Numbered from the stretch's first letter, positions 1 through 9,192 are shown. The stretch is 32,000 nt of DNA from Geobacter sulfurreducens PCA (GCF_000007985.2 NC_002939.5:480001-512000), one strand, 5' to 3'. Notes: generated by a model from the letters alone, not told the origin. A program made the numbers and translations.

Positions 1-126
1 ACTGATCGCTCGCCCGGAGCTGCGGGAAGAGATCCTTTGCGAGTTTCGCCGCTGAGACCCCTGCAATCCCCTCATTCGCTCGCGCCTGGGGGAAAAAGGA
101 AAAAGCCTCAAGGAACGGTCATTTTT

Positions 127-154
127 TTGCCTTGCGGAAAAAAGATGGTATACC
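127..154 (+). promoter_or_regulatory. Candidate sigma70-type promoter upstream of the ppsR-like gene
   Basis: TTGCCT (127-132), 16-nt spacer, TATACC (149-154). A TGn lies directly upstream of the -10 and a T-run precedes the -35. Sequence-only prediction. Confidence 0.3.
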
Positions 155-191
155 TTAATGAAAAATCGCTTGAGCCGGTGCCGGGACTGAT

Positions 192-1001
192 ATGAAGAGG
201 AGCATCAAGCACATTTATCTGCTATCTGATGCCACGGGTGAAACCGTGGAGCGGGTCGTGCGCGCAGCCCTTTCCCAGTTCCGGGACGTTGAGGCGCGCT
301 TCCACCGGGTAACGAGGATCAGGAGCCGCGAGGATGTGATCTGGGCGCTGGAGGAGGTGCTGCGCGAGCCGGGGATGGTCGTTTACACCCTGGTCGACAC
401 GGAGCTGGCCCAACTGCTGCGGGACGAGGCCGAAGCCCACGGGCTTGACGCGATCGACCTGATCAGCCCGCTCCTGTTCAAGCTGTCTGACTTCTTCGGC
501 GAAGCACCCCAGAAGGAACCGGGGCTCCTCCACCAGATCAACTCCGAATACCACAAACGGGTCGATGCCGTCGACTTCACCGTGAAGCACGACGACGGCC
601 AGGACCCGAGGGGGCTGGCTAAGGCGGATTTCATTCTGGTGGGGGTGTCGCGCTCGTCCAAGACGCCCCTCTCCATGTACCTGGCCCACAAGGGGTACAA
701 GGTGGCCAACGTCCCCATCGTAAAGGGGATCGATCCGCCGCCGGAGCTCTACAAGGTGGACCAGAAACGGGTGGTAGGCCTGATCATCGATGCCGAGCGG
801 CTCGTGCAGATCCGCACCGCCCGCCTGAGGAACCTGGGGCAGATGCCCAAAGGGAGCTATGCCGATTACGAACGGATCGAAGAGGAGCTGGAATTCTGCC
901 GCAGGCTCTACCGACGCAATCCCCAGTGGCTGGTCATTGATGTGACGAAGAAGTCGGTGGAGGAGTCCGCGGCCGAGATCATACAAAAACTCGCTGGTTG
1001 A
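192..1001 (+). CDS. ppsR: PEP synthase / pyruvate,phosphate dikinase regulatory protein (PpsR/PDRP family, DUF299 kinase-pyrophosphorylase)
   Basis: 269-aa ORF. The N-terminal '[13 protein letters not shown]' and the P-loop-like '[15 protein letters not shown]' are the two hallmark blocks of the DUF299/PpsR family. The antisense 275-aa ORF is low-complexity shadow. Confidence 0.85.
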   Translation: MKRSIKHIYLLSDATGETVERVVRAALSQFRDVEARFHRVTRIRSREDVIWALEEVLREPGMVVYTLVDTELAQLLRDEAEAHGLDAIDLISPLLFKLSDFFGEAPQKEPGLLHQINSEYHKRVDAVDFTVKHDDGQDPRGLAKADFILVGVSRSSKTPLSMYLAHKGYKVANVPIVKGIDPPPELYKVDQKRVVGLIIDAERLVQIRTARLRNLGQMPKGSYADYERIEEELEFCRRLYRRNPQWLVIDVTKKSVEESAAEIIQKLAG

Positions 1002-1048
1002 AGAACCCGTCCCGATGAGCGGAGACGGAGTTAAGAAAGGAGCGCTCA

Positions 1049-1723
1049 ATGAAGGTTCTCGTGGTCGAAGATGAGAAGAAGGTGTCCAGCTTCATCAAGC
1101 GGGGGCTCGAGGAAGAGAAGTACGAGGTCGATGCCGCGTTCAACGGCGAGGAAGGGCTCAAGATGGCCCTGGACAAGGGCTACGATCTGATCGTTCTCGA
1201 CGTGATGCTGCCCAAAAAGGATGGTCTCAGCGTGGTACGTGAGCTCCGGGAGCGCAAGAACAGCACACCGGTTCTGATGCTGACAGCCAAGGACTCGGTG
1301 GAGGATATCGTGGCCGGTCTCGATTCGGGTTCCGACGACTACCTGACCAAGCCCTTCGCTTTTGCTGAGCTTCTGGCCCGGGTCCGGGCCTTGGTGCGTC
1401 GCAGCGAGCAGGATCGCGGGGCAGAGATCCGCTTTGCTGATCTGCGGCTCGACCCGGTGACCCACAAGGTCTGGCGCAAGGACAAAGAGATCGACCTCAC
1501 CGCCAAGGAGTATTCGCTGCTCGAGTACTTCATGCGGAACCCCAACCAGGTCCTTACCCGCACCATGATCGCCGAGCACGTGTGGGACTACACCTTTGAC
1601 AGCTTCACCAATATCATTGACGTCTACGTCAACTACCTGCGCAAGAAGATCGACCGGGAGTCCGACAAGAAGCTCATCCACACCGTCCGCGGCGTGGGCT
1701 ATATCCTGAAGGAGGAGGATTGA
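1049..1723 (+). CDS. OmpR/PhoB-family response regulator, CusR/CopR-like subfamily
   Basis: 224-aa ORF with AAGGAG 6 nt upstream of the ATG. Receiver domain motifs: 'VVEDE', 'DLIVLDVMLP', 'LTAKD', 'KPFAFAELLARVRALVRR'. Winged-helix output: 'LTAKEYSLLEYFMRN...VRGVGY'. The KPFAFAELLARVR block matches my memory of E. coli CusR. Confidence 0.9.
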   Translation: MKVLVVEDEKKVSSFIKRGLEEEKYEVDAAFNGEEGLKMALDKGYDLIVLDVMLPKKDGLSVVRELRERKNSTPVLMLTAKDSVEDIVAGLDSGSDDYLTKPFAFAELLARVRALVRRSEQDRGAEIRFADLRLDPVTHKVWRKDKEIDLTAKEYSLLEYFMRNPNQVLTRTMIAEHVWDYTFDSFTNIIDVYVNYLRKKIDRESDKKLIHTVRGVGYILKEED

Positions 1724-1726
1724 TCG

Positions 1727-3136
1727 TTGTTTTTCAGGTCAATCCGCTTTTCGCTCACCCTTTGGTATGCGGTGACGCTCGCGGTCATTTTGGTTCTGTT
1801 CAGCTCGTTCATCTACCTGGTTCTGAGCAATCAGCTCAACAAGGGGATTGATCGTGAACTGCTGACCGTGGCCGAGGCCGTTGCAAGCCCGACTCTGGAG
1901 CCTTTCCGCCATGCCGCTCCGTCGGTCTTCGACCAGGTGCTCGAAGACTTCATCGGCACGCGCCTGACGGGCAAGCACGTCCAGGTGCTCGACGGCTCCG
2001 GCGCGGTTGCCGCCTCGTCCAAGAGCATGGAGGAACTGCGCATTCCTCTGGGCAAGACTGCGTTGCGTCGCGTTCAGGCCGGCAAGGTTTCCTATGAAAC
2101 CAGGGTCAATCTGGACGTGTATCCGGTCCGCACCATCGTGTACCCCATCATGACCGACGGCCGGCTCGACCAGATCGTTCTGGTCGGAACGTCCATGCGG
2201 GGGCCGGCCGAGACCCTTGAAAAGGTCCAGCTGGTCTTTGCCGTCTCCATCCCCCTGGCTCTCATCCTGTGGAGCCTGGGCGGATGGTTCCTGGCGGGCA
2301 GGGCGCTGAAACCGGTTGACCTGATAACCCGCAGCGCCCGCAAGATTACTGCCGAAAACCTGGGACTGCGCCTGGAGGTCATCAATCCCCAGGACGAGAT
2401 CGGCCGGCTCGCCACTACGTTCAACGATACCCTGGAACGCCTGGAAAACGCCTTCAACCGGATCAGGCAATTCACCGGTGACGTCTCCCACGAACTGCGG
2501 ACGCCCCTCACCATCCTGCGCGGCGAAGCCGAGGTGGGGCTCAAGTGGGCCAAGGAGCCGGAGGAGTTTCGTGAGCTTCTGCGTAGCAATCTGGAAGAGA
2601 TCAACCGGATGTCCAAGATCATCGAGACGCTCCTGGAACTCTCCCGGGTTGAGGGGGGAGTCAAGCTGGAGCTCGCCGATCTGGATCTGAGCGACCTTCT
2701 TGCCGAACTGGTTCAGCAGTCGCGCCTCATCGCACCGGACAAGAGTCTCCGCATCGCTTTCGTGGGGCAGGAGCCGGTTACCATCCTCGGCGACTGGCTT
2801 CGGCTGCGCCAGGTTTTCATGAACCTGCTGGACAATGCCGTCAAGTATACCCCTGCCGATGGGGAGATCTCCGTGGTGGTTGATACGACCGGTGACAGCG
2901 CCCGCGTGGCGATCATCGACAGCGGCCCGGGTATTCCTCCCGAAGATCTGCCGCACATCTTCGAGCGGTTCTACCGGGTCGACAAGGCCCGCAACCGGGC
3001 CGACGGCGGTTGCGGCTTGGGACTCTCCCTGGTCAAGACGTTCGTGGAGGCTCATGGCGGACGCATTGAGGTGGTGAGCGAAGCGGGCAAGGGGAGCATC
3101 TTCACGGTCCTGCTGCCGCGGGTCGTCGCAGGATGA
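1727..3136 (+). CDS. Sensor histidine kinase (two TM segments, periplasmic domain, HAMP, HisKA, HATPase_c; CusS-like architecture)
   Basis: 469-aa ORF with a TTG start 3 nt after the RR stop. Two hydrophobic segments flank a periplasmic stretch of roughly 140 aa. H-box 'VSHELRTPLT', N-box 'LLDNAVKYTP', G1 'DSGPGI', G2 'GGCGLGLS'. Confidence 0.9.
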   Translation: MFFRSIRFSLTLWYAVTLAVILVLFSSFIYLVLSNQLNKGIDRELLTVAEAVASPTLEPFRHAAPSVFDQVLEDFIGTRLTGKHVQVLDGSGAVAASSKSMEELRIPLGKTALRRVQAGKVSYETRVNLDVYPVRTIVYPIMTDGRLDQIVLVGTSMRGPAETLEKVQLVFAVSIPLALILWSLGGWFLAGRALKPVDLITRSARKITAENLGLRLEVINPQDEIGRLATTFNDTLERLENAFNRIRQFTGDVSHELRTPLTILRGEAEVGLKWAKEPEEFRELLRSNLEEINRMSKIIETLLELSRVEGGVKLELADLDLSDLLAELVQQSRLIAPDKSLRIAFVGQEPVTILGDWLRLRQVFMNLLDNAVKYTPADGEISVVVDTTGDSARVAIIDSGPGIPPEDLPHIFERFYRVDKARNRADGGCGLGLSLVKTFVEAHGGRIEVVSEAGKGSIFTVLLPRVVAG

Positions 3137-3873
3137 TCCCCATGGAACCGATTCTTGTTGTTGCCGCAACCCGGCAGGAGCTGACGCTGCTGATCCGAAG
3201 TCTCGGCGCCCGGGAGCGTGGAGGCGCCGGTCGCCGTCCCAGCTGGCTCGGCAAGGTGGGGTTGCTGCCGGTGGTCCTGGCCGAGACCGGCATCGGCAAA
3301 GTCAATACCGCGGCTGCCCTTGCCGCGCTGTTCGAGAACTTCATCCCCCGACTGGTGATCAATACCGGCTGCGCCGGCGCGTACACCGCGAGCGGTCTTC
3401 GGGTCGGCGACCTGGCCGTTGCCTCAGCCGAAATTTCCGGCGATGAGGGGGTCCTCACCCCCCAAGGGTGGGAAGGCCTCGATCTTATCGGTATCCCCGC
3501 CTTGGAGCGTAAAGGGGTGCGCTACTTCAACGAGTTTCCACTTTCTCTCCATCCCGCCGAGCAGGCGGTCCAACTGGCCACGGCCCTCGGCATCCCGCTC
3601 CGCCGGGGGAAGTTCGTCACCGTCTCGACCTGCAGCGGCATCACGGCCCGCGGCGACGAACTGGCCAGCCGCTTCGATGCAATCTGCGAAAACATGGAGG
3701 GGGCCGCCATGGCCCAGGTCGCCTTGGACTACGGTGTCGACTGCCTGGAGGTACGGGGGGTCAGCAACATGGTGGAAGACCGTGACCTCTCCCGCTGGAA
3801 CCTGCCCCTGGCCGTGGAAAAGGCCCAGCGTTTCATTATCAAATATCTCGAAACCTGCGGGGAGGAGCAGTGA
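3133..3873 (+). CDS. mqnB: Futalosine hydrolase (MqnB; PNP/MTAN nucleosidase fold)
   Basis: 246-aa ORF. Motifs typical of the futalosine nucleosidase branch of the PNP_UDP_1 family: 'LAETGIGKVNTAAA', 'INTGCAGA', 'FVTVSTCSG', 'ENMEGAAMAQ', 'VRGVSNMVEDRD'. The ATG overlaps the HK stop (ATGA, 3133-3136); ATG 3142 is an alternative start. It sits directly upstream of mqnD. Confidence 0.75.
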   Translation: MIPMEPILVVAATRQELTLLIRSLGARERGGAGRRPSWLGKVGLLPVVLAETGIGKVNTAAALAALFENFIPRLVINTGCAGAYTASGLRVGDLAVASAEISGDEGVLTPQGWEGLDLIGIPALERKGVRYFNEFPLSLHPAEQAVQLATALGIPLRRGKFVTVSTCSGITARGDELASRFDAICENMEGAAMAQVALDYGVDCLEVRGVSNMVEDRDLSRWNLPLAVEKAQRFIIKYLETCGEEQ

Positions 3874-4709
3874 TGGACGCGCTCTCGCTCGGCTTTTCGC
3901 CCTGTCCCAACGATACGTTCATCTTCTATGGCCTGATCCACGGACGTGTGCCGACCAGCGGACTTACCTTCCGGGAGAGGCTCGAAGATGTGGAAACCCT
4001 GAACGGTCTTGCCCTGGCGGGAGCTCTGGATATTTGCAAAGTTTCCTACCATGCCCTCGGCTATCTGCGCGACCGTTACTGTCTTCTCCGCTCGGGAGGG
4101 GCGCTGGGGCGCGGCTGCGGTCCCTTGGTGGTGGCGCGGGGGGGGGCAACCCTCGCCGACCTGAGGGGGAAGCCCGTGGCCGTGCCGGGGCGTTTCACTA
4201 CGGCCGCACTGCTGCTGCGCCTTGCGGACCCCGCCATCGACACCCTCGTGTACATGCCGTTCCACGAGATCATGGGGGCCGTGGCGCGGGGCGAGGTGGC
4301 TGCGGGGGTCATCATTCACGAATCGCGCTTTACCTTCCGCGACTACGGGCTCACCCAGCTTCTGGACCTGGGGGAGTGGTGGGAGGGGGAAACCGGCTGC
4401 CCCATCCCCTTGGGCGGGATCGTTGCCCGACGCGACCTGGGCGTGGAGACCATCATCGCCGTGGAGCAGGCGCTACGGTCGAGCGTGGCGTTTGCCCAAG
4501 CAAACCCCGGCGAGGCGAAGGCTTACATTCGCGCCCATTCCCAGGAGATGAGCGACGAAGTCTGCGCCGCCCACATCGACCTCTATGTGAATGATTTTTC
4601 CCTGCAACTGGGGCCCGAAGGGGAGGCAGCCGTGATTGAGCTCTTTTCCAGGGCCGAGGCTGCAGGGGTGATCCCTCCGTCGGACGTGCTACTGTTTCCC
4701 TCTCTCTAA
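3873..4709 (+). CDS. mqnD: 1,4-dihydroxy-6-naphthoate synthase (MqnD; VitK2_biosynth family)
   Basis: 'LGFSPCPNDTFIFYGLIHG', 'DVETLN', 'KVSYHALGYLRDRYCLLRSGGALGRGCGPLVVAR' match the MqnD pattern as I remember it (Thermus type). GGAGGAG lies 5 nt upstream of ATG 3873, which overlaps the mqnB stop (TGATG). GTG 3870 is an alternative start. Confidence 0.85.
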   Translation: MDALSLGFSPCPNDTFIFYGLIHGRVPTSGLTFRERLEDVETLNGLALAGALDICKVSYHALGYLRDRYCLLRSGGALGRGCGPLVVARGGATLADLRGKPVAVPGRFTTAALLLRLADPAIDTLVYMPFHEIMGAVARGEVAAGVIIHESRFTFRDYGLTQLLDLGEWWEGETGCPIPLGGIVARRDLGVETIIAVEQALRSSVAFAQANPGEAKAYIRAHSQEMSDEVCAAHIDLYVNDFSLQLGPEGEAAVIELFSRAEAAGVIPPSDVLLFPSL

Positions 4710-4755
4710 CTGTTTGAATTTAAAAGGTATTGCGTGGAGCCGCCCTTCTTTGGGC

Positions 4756-4785
4756 TTGACCTCGTCCCCTTGGTTGTGCTATAGG
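4756..4785 (+). promoter_or_regulatory. Candidate sigma70-type promoter for rlpA
   Basis: TTGACC (4756-4761), 18-nt spacer, TATAGG (4780-4785), with TGc immediately upstream (extended -10-like). Sequence-only prediction. Confidence 0.35.
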
Positions 4786-4811
4786 AGTGCCTCGCCCAGA
4801 AGGAGGTGCCT

Positions 4812-5264
4812 ATGGTATCTGCACTCCGGAAAGGGCGTCTGGCCATCTTGATCATTCTCTGCCAGGCGTTCTTCCAGATCCAGACACTGTCCTTGCAAGC
4901 AGAGGAAATTGCAGCAAAGGAAACATCCGACAAAGAGGCCGCAATTGCGGCCGCGGCCGACGAAGGGGTCACGGGGACCGCTTCGTACTACGCCAAGCGC
5001 TATCACGGAAGAAGAACGACATCGGGGAAGCGGTACGATCCGAAGAAGCTTACCGCCGCACACCCCACCCTCCCTCTCGGTACCAAGGTCAAGGTGGTTA
5101 ACCTGACCAACGACCGTGAGGTGACGGTCACCATAACCGATCGCTGCCGGAAGAGGGTGAACCATTTCATCGACCTCTCCCGGGAAGCGGCCAGGAGGCT
5201 TGGATTCCTCGGCAAAGGGGTGACGCAGGTGCGAATCATCACCCTCGACGAAACCGCATCCTGA
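4812..5264 (+). CDS. rlpA: RlpA-family septal-ring lytic transglycosylase-like protein (DPBB domain)
   Basis: AGGAGG lies 5 nt upstream of ATG 4812; the ORF track starts at an upstream GTG (4806). Signal peptide, then the DPBB block 'GTASYYAKRYHGRRTTSGKRYDPKKLTAAHPTLPLGTKVKVVNLTNDREVTVTITDR'. Confidence 0.85.
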   Translation: MVSALRKGRLAILIILCQAFFQIQTLSLQAEEIAAKETSDKEAAIAAAADEGVTGTASYYAKRYHGRRTTSGKRYDPKKLTAAHPTLPLGTKVKVVNLTNDREVTVTITDRCRKRVNHFIDLSREAARRLGFLGKGVTQVRIITLDETAS

Positions 5265-5290
5265 AACAACACATTTTGGGCGAAACAGGG

Positions 5291-5326
5291 AATAGGGCCG
5301 GCAGCGATGTCGGCCCTATTCTTTTG
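5291..5326. terminator. Hairpin terminator between convergent rlpA and the MMPL gene
   Basis: AATAGGGCCG (5291-5300) pairs with CGGCCCTATT (5311-5320) across a 10-nt loop and is followed by CTTTTG. The right arm contains the last codons and stop (5316-5318) of the minus-strand MMPL gene. Confidence 0.6.
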
Positions 5327-7865
5327 TGGAGAGGCCGGCCGGTTTACGGCTGCGTCGAAGCCCCAGGAAGGCGGGAAGAGACACCAGGGCGAAGAAGGCC
5401 GTGGCGCCGATGCCGAAGTTGGTGGCCCAGCCGATGGACGACATGGCACCATAGTCGGTAAAGGCCAGAGAGCCAAACCCGGCGACGGTGGTGAGGGCGG
5501 AAAGGAGTACCGCCCGACCCGCCTGGACATAGCGGTCGCCTGCTTCGCTGCCATCTCCCTCGCGCAACCGGTGGTAGACGTGGAGCCCATAGTCGCTTCC
5601 CATGCCGAGGATGGTGACCAGGACCATGGCGTTCATGAAGTTGATCTTCATACCGGTGACGGCCATGAGACCGAGCATGGAGATCACCCCTGCAACGACC
5701 GGCAGGAGCGATGCTGCGATGCCGGCCAGGGATTCGAAGTGGACCACCAGGAGAAAGAGGATCAGGACTCCGCCGATGGCGAAGCCCTCCAGAAAGCTTC
5801 CCCGAACCGATTCTGCCAGCTGGCGGCTTATGAGGTCGGGACCCGTGGCCCGCGCGCCGGGGGCCACGGCTTCCAGCTGGGCCAGGAAGCGCTCCTGGGG
5901 AAAGGCATCGCCTCGATAGTGGAGGGTGAGGAGAAGGTGCCAGCGTCCGTTTCGCTCCACCAGGAACCGATCCACCATGCTGCCGAGGGGAGATCCCCTG
6001 AGAAGTGCCACCGCCTCTGCTGTTGGAACCGGTCCGGCCGAGGAGAGCCGACCGAGGCCGGAGACGGCTTCGGGGAACATGGCCGCGTCGAAGTCTGCCC
6101 GTTCAAGCGCAAGTCCCAATTCTCTGCCCGCTTCGCGCACTGCCGACCGCTTCTGGAGCCGTTCCAGCACCTGCTGCTGTTCCCCTGCACCATTCATGAC
6201 GCTGCCGAGCCAGGTTATGGCCACCACTTCCCGGCGTTGCCGGTACCCCTCGGCCAGAGCCGCAACCTCTCCGCCCTTTCGCATCACGTCGGAAAGGTCG
6301 CTCCCTTCCACCGCGACCACCATCTGCCGCGGGGAAATGCTCAGGTGTCGCTCGATCCGTTCCTGGGTCAGGAACGCTTCCGAGTGCCGCGGCTGCAGGT
6401 TCTTCAGGTCCCCTTCGAAGGAGATGGAAAAGGCGGTCAGGGTCAGTCCGGCAGCGGTGGCCAGGGAAATGAATGCGATGGTTCGGGGCCCTCGTTGGGT
6501 AAGGCGCCAGAGGCGGGCCAGCCCCAGGCTCGGGAGAGGGTTATGGCGTACGTCGGGAGCACGCCGCTCGGCAAAGATGAGAAGCGGCGGCAGGAAAAAG
6601 AAGGTGGCATAGAGGGAGTAGAGGACACCCAGCCCCACCAGGAGTCCCAGTTCGGAGAGCGCCCGTACGTCTGAAATCACCAGGGCCAGGAAGGGGAATG
6701 CCGTGGTGGTGGCGGCTGTGAAGACGCCGTGGCCGGTGTCGACCACGGCGAGCCGCAGTGACTCTTCGGTGTTGCGACCCGCACTTCGTTCCGTACGGTA
6801 GCGGTCGTAGAGGTGAATGGAGTAGTCGGTGCCGAGCCCGATGATGAGCGCCGTGAAAGCAAAGGATATGATGTGGACCGACGGCAGGAGGAGCCCTGCC
6901 GTGCCCAGGGCCATGACCGTGCCGAAGGCGATGATGACGGGGATGAGAATGGTCGGCAGCACCCGGCGGTAGGTCATGAAGAAGAGCCCGAGAACCACCG
7001 CCAGGGATGATGCGATGCAGGCGAGAATGTTACGCTTCATGACCGCTTCATCAATGACCGCCGAGAGATGGGCTCCGGCGCAGGAAACCGAAACCCCCGG
7101 TCCCACGGCGGCCCGTGCCTCGTTGATACCCGCCACGAGCTTGCGGGCGAATTCCATGTCCTGTACCGGCCGGGCCGGCTCCGCTATCATGACGAGGAGC
7201 TGTCCGTCTCGGGAGAGAAAGTAGGGGGACTCCGGATCCAGGTCCAGCGCCTGACTTGCCGACTGGAGACGCGGCAGGATCAATTCGCGGAGGGCCAAGG
7301 GGTCGGCGGCCACCAGATCCCGGCTCCCCACCCCTCCTCCGGCGGCCAGTTCCGCCGTGGCGCGTCGCAATGCCGCATCCATGCGGGAAGCATCCAGGCG
7401 GTTTGTGAACTCGTCCGCCTGATCAGGGGAGAGAAAGAGATGGGGCAGCGTTACAGCCCGCCCGACAAAGGCTGCGAAGTCAGGCAGATCGGCGGATTCC
7501 ACCACCCGGTAGGAGACCGAGCGAAGGGCGGGTTCGCCGTCCACCCGCAGGGCGCGAAGCCGTGCGGCCAGGACTTCTGCCTCGGCGGGGAGCCGTTCAC
7601 GGTTCCCTTCAAGGAGAAGGTACGCCTCGCCGGCGCTGCCGGTCCACTCAAGGGTATCCAGGAAGAGGCGAAGTGCCCCCCGGTCGGTGGGGAAAAGTTT
7701 GAATATGTCCGCTTCGAAGCGGATGCCGGAGATAGATGTGATTGCCAGGCAGAGGGCCAGAAGTGAGCCGGCCAGGGTCGCCCGGGGATGATGCCAGGTG
7801 ACCCTGAAGAGCCATGCCAGGTGCCGGCCGATGGCTGAATGAACAAATGCGACGATGCGCCGCAT
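5316..7865 (-). CDS. MMPL/RND-superfamily exporter (predicted lipid exporter)
   Basis: 849-aa ORF with two blocks of multiple hydrophobic helices, each preceded by a large soluble loop (duplicated RND/MMPL topology). Its start abuts the stop of the upstream lipoprotein gene (TAA-ATG, 7863-7868). The 455-aa plus-strand ORF opposite is shadow. Confidence 0.85.
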   Translation of the reverse strand: MRRIVAFVHSAIGRHLAWLFRVTWHHPRATLAGSLLALCLAITSISGIRFEADIFKLFPTDRGALRLFLDTLEWTGSAGEAYLLLEGNRERLPAEAEVLAARLRALRVDGEPALRSVSYRVVESADLPDFAAFVGRAVTLPHLFLSPDQADEFTNRLDASRMDAALRRATAELAAGGGVGSRDLVAADPLALRELILPRLQSASQALDLDPESPYFLSRDGQLLVMIAEPARPVQDMEFARKLVAGINEARAAVGPGVSVSCAGAHLSAVIDEAVMKRNILACIASSLAVVLGLFFMTYRRVLPTILIPVIIAFGTVMALGTAGLLLPSVHIISFAFTALIIGLGTDYSIHLYDRYRTERSAGRNTEESLRLAVVDTGHGVFTAATTTAFPFLALVISDVRALSELGLLVGLGVLYSLYATFFFLPPLLIFAERRAPDVRHNPLPSLGLARLWRLTQRGPRTIAFISLATAAGLTLTAFSISFEGDLKNLQPRHSEAFLTQERIERHLSISPRQMVVAVEGSDLSDVMRKGGEVAALAEGYRQRREVVAITWLGSVMNGAGEQQQVLERLQKRSAVREAGRELGLALERADFDAAMFPEAVSGLGRLSSAGPVPTAEAVALLRGSPLGSMVDRFLVERNGRWHLLLTLHYRGDAFPQERFLAQLEAVAPGARATGPDLISRQLAESVRGSFLEGFAIGGVLILFLLVVHFESLAGIAASLLPVVAGVISMLGLMAVTGMKINFMNAMVLVTILGMGSDYGLHVYHRLREGDGSEAGDRYVQAGRAVLLSALTTVAGFGSLAFTDYGAMSSIGWATNFGIGATAFFALVSLPAFLGLRRSRKPAGLSTKE

Positions 7866-8555
7866 TTAAAGCCCCTTCAGGTTAGCCAGCGGCATGACCG
7901 TCACCCCCTCCAGGGTGGGGGTGAGCGCTGCATCGTCAAGGGGAGCGTTCACCTCCGGCTCGTCGAAGGTTATCTTCACCCGCACACCGTGGCTGTCGCT
8001 GAACTCGACCAGGGCGGGAAACGGCACCCCTTCCAGGGAGCGGTAGTTCCGGTAAATCACCTCGCCCCGTGCCGACCGCTTGCGCTCCAGAAGTCCGTCG
8101 GGGCCATAGGTGGCGAGGGTGACGCCGCCGTCGTCCGACTGCTCTTCGGTCCGCCCGGCCGCCTCGGGGCGGTAGAGGGGGGAACCTTCCACCACCCACT
8201 GCATCATGCGCCACCCCTGGAGCCCTCCCTTGGCCGGCAGGTCGGCGAAGGTTCCCACGTAGGCCTGCCCTTTGGAGGGGAGCAGGATAGTGATCCGCTC
8301 GCCGGCGGCGAAAAATTCCAGGGCCGTGGTGCCGAAGGGGGTGAGCATGACCATGTGGAAGCGGTCGGGACGGCGATAGAGGAGATAGCCGTTGCCGCCG
8401 GTGCTCCCGTCGGGCGTTTTAACCGAAAGTGAGACCGTGGCGGCCAGGGTTTCCACCCTGGCCCCCGGTTCGAGAGGCACCTGGGGCTGCGGCACCGTGG
8501 CACAACCGGCCGCAAGGGCGACGGCAAGGATGAGGAACAGGGCGAGTCGTCTCAT
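7866..8555 (-). CDS. Lipoprotein, LolB/DUF4292-like (putative outer-membrane lipid/lipoprotein acceptor)
   Basis: 229-aa ORF. Signal peptide with lipobox 'LAAGC'. The mature part, 'GNGYLLYRRPDRFHMVMLTPFGTTALEFFAAG..ITILLP', resembles the LolB/LppX-type half-barrel pattern. GAGGG RBS upstream. Confidence 0.7.
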   Translation of the reverse strand: MRRLALFLILAVALAAGCATVPQPQVPLEPGARVETLAATVSLSVKTPDGSTGGNGYLLYRRPDRFHMVMLTPFGTTALEFFAAGERITILLPSKGQAYVGTFADLPAKGGLQGWRMMQWVVEGSPLYRPEAAGRTEEQSDDGGVTLATYGPDGLLERKRSARGEVIYRNYRSLEGVPFPALVEFSDSHGVRVKITFDEPEVNAPLDDAALTPTLEGVTVMPLANLKGL

Positions 8556-8568
8556 GGCGGCAGTGCCC

Positions 8569-9192
8569 TCACTCTATCCTGAAGTCGCGGTCGGTGAGCC
8601 CCACGTTGCGGCGGACATTGCGGAAGGAGATGACGGTCCGGTCGCGGTTCTGCTCTTCGATGATCACGCGTCTCAGTTTCCCGTCGGCGGCGAGGATGAC
8701 CTGAAGGTTCTTCACTCCCCGTCCCTGGGAGGGGGCTATGGAAATAGTGACGGCGTCGCCGTTTCGCTCCGCCTGGACGGCGACCCCGTCGGGGAGCGAG
8801 GTGACCGGGTTTTCCATGAGCGCAAACCAGCGGGCAAGCCCTTCGTCAGGAGGGAGTACGATCTTCTGCCGGACTCCGTCGGCGGGGAGCAGGGTGGAGA
8901 TGACGTTGTCCCGCAGCAACACCCGGCTGGCGTGGGGAGGATTGAGTTCCATCATGAAGCTGTCGGGCTTGCGGAAACGGACCATTCCGTTCGTCACCAG
9001 CTTTTTTTTCATAAGGGCGATCTGCTTTTCCTGCGTGATCTCGGCGGTGAAGTCATTGACCCCGGCGAAGGCCGAGCGGAGGAGTTCGAGCCCTTCCCGC
9101 GGAGAGATCCGTGCTGCCTGGCCGGGCGCGGGGACGGCCAGCGCCAGGACTGCCAACGCGAGCAGAATGCGTGCGAGGCGGCTTGTCGTCAT
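8569..9192 (-). CDS. LolA-like periplasmic carrier protein
   Basis: 207-aa ORF with a signal peptide. 'FTAEITQEK...LVTNGMVRFRKPDSFMMEL...VLLRDNVISTLLP' follows the LolA family pattern (F-x-Q ... G-x-x-x-x-x-KP-x-x-F). The ATG shares one nt with the stop of the upstream hotdog gene (TGATG). Confidence 0.8.
   Translation of the reverse strand: MTTSRLARILLALAVLALAVPAPGQAARISPREGLELLRSAFAGVNDFTAEITQEKQIALMKKKLVTNGMVRFRKPDSFMMELNPPHASRVLLRDNVISTLLPADGVRQKIVLPPDEGLARWFALMENPVTSLPDGVAVQAERNGDAVTISIAPSQGRGVKNLQVILAADGKLRRVIIEEQNRDRTVISFRNVRRNVGLTDRDFRIE

Noticed and set aside
1-55. Possible 3' end of a plus-strand CDS (frame 2, '...LIARPELREEILCEFRR', stop at 53-55)
   Set aside because: Seventeen codons are too few to support a gene call or any function.
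3419-4594. 391-aa plus-strand ORF spanning mqnB and mqnD in another frame
   Set aside because: It is an out-of-frame read-through rich in R/P/G/A/S with no motifs. The mqnB and mqnD frames have strong family signatures.
5307-6674. 455-aa plus-strand ORF, plus the 228-aa and 232-aa plus-strand ORFs, opposite the MMPL gene
   Set aside because: The composition is low-complexity (G/E/R/H/P-rich). There is no RBS, no recognisable motif, and it is fully antisense to a gene with clear MMPL topology. This is a typical GC-rich shadow ORF.
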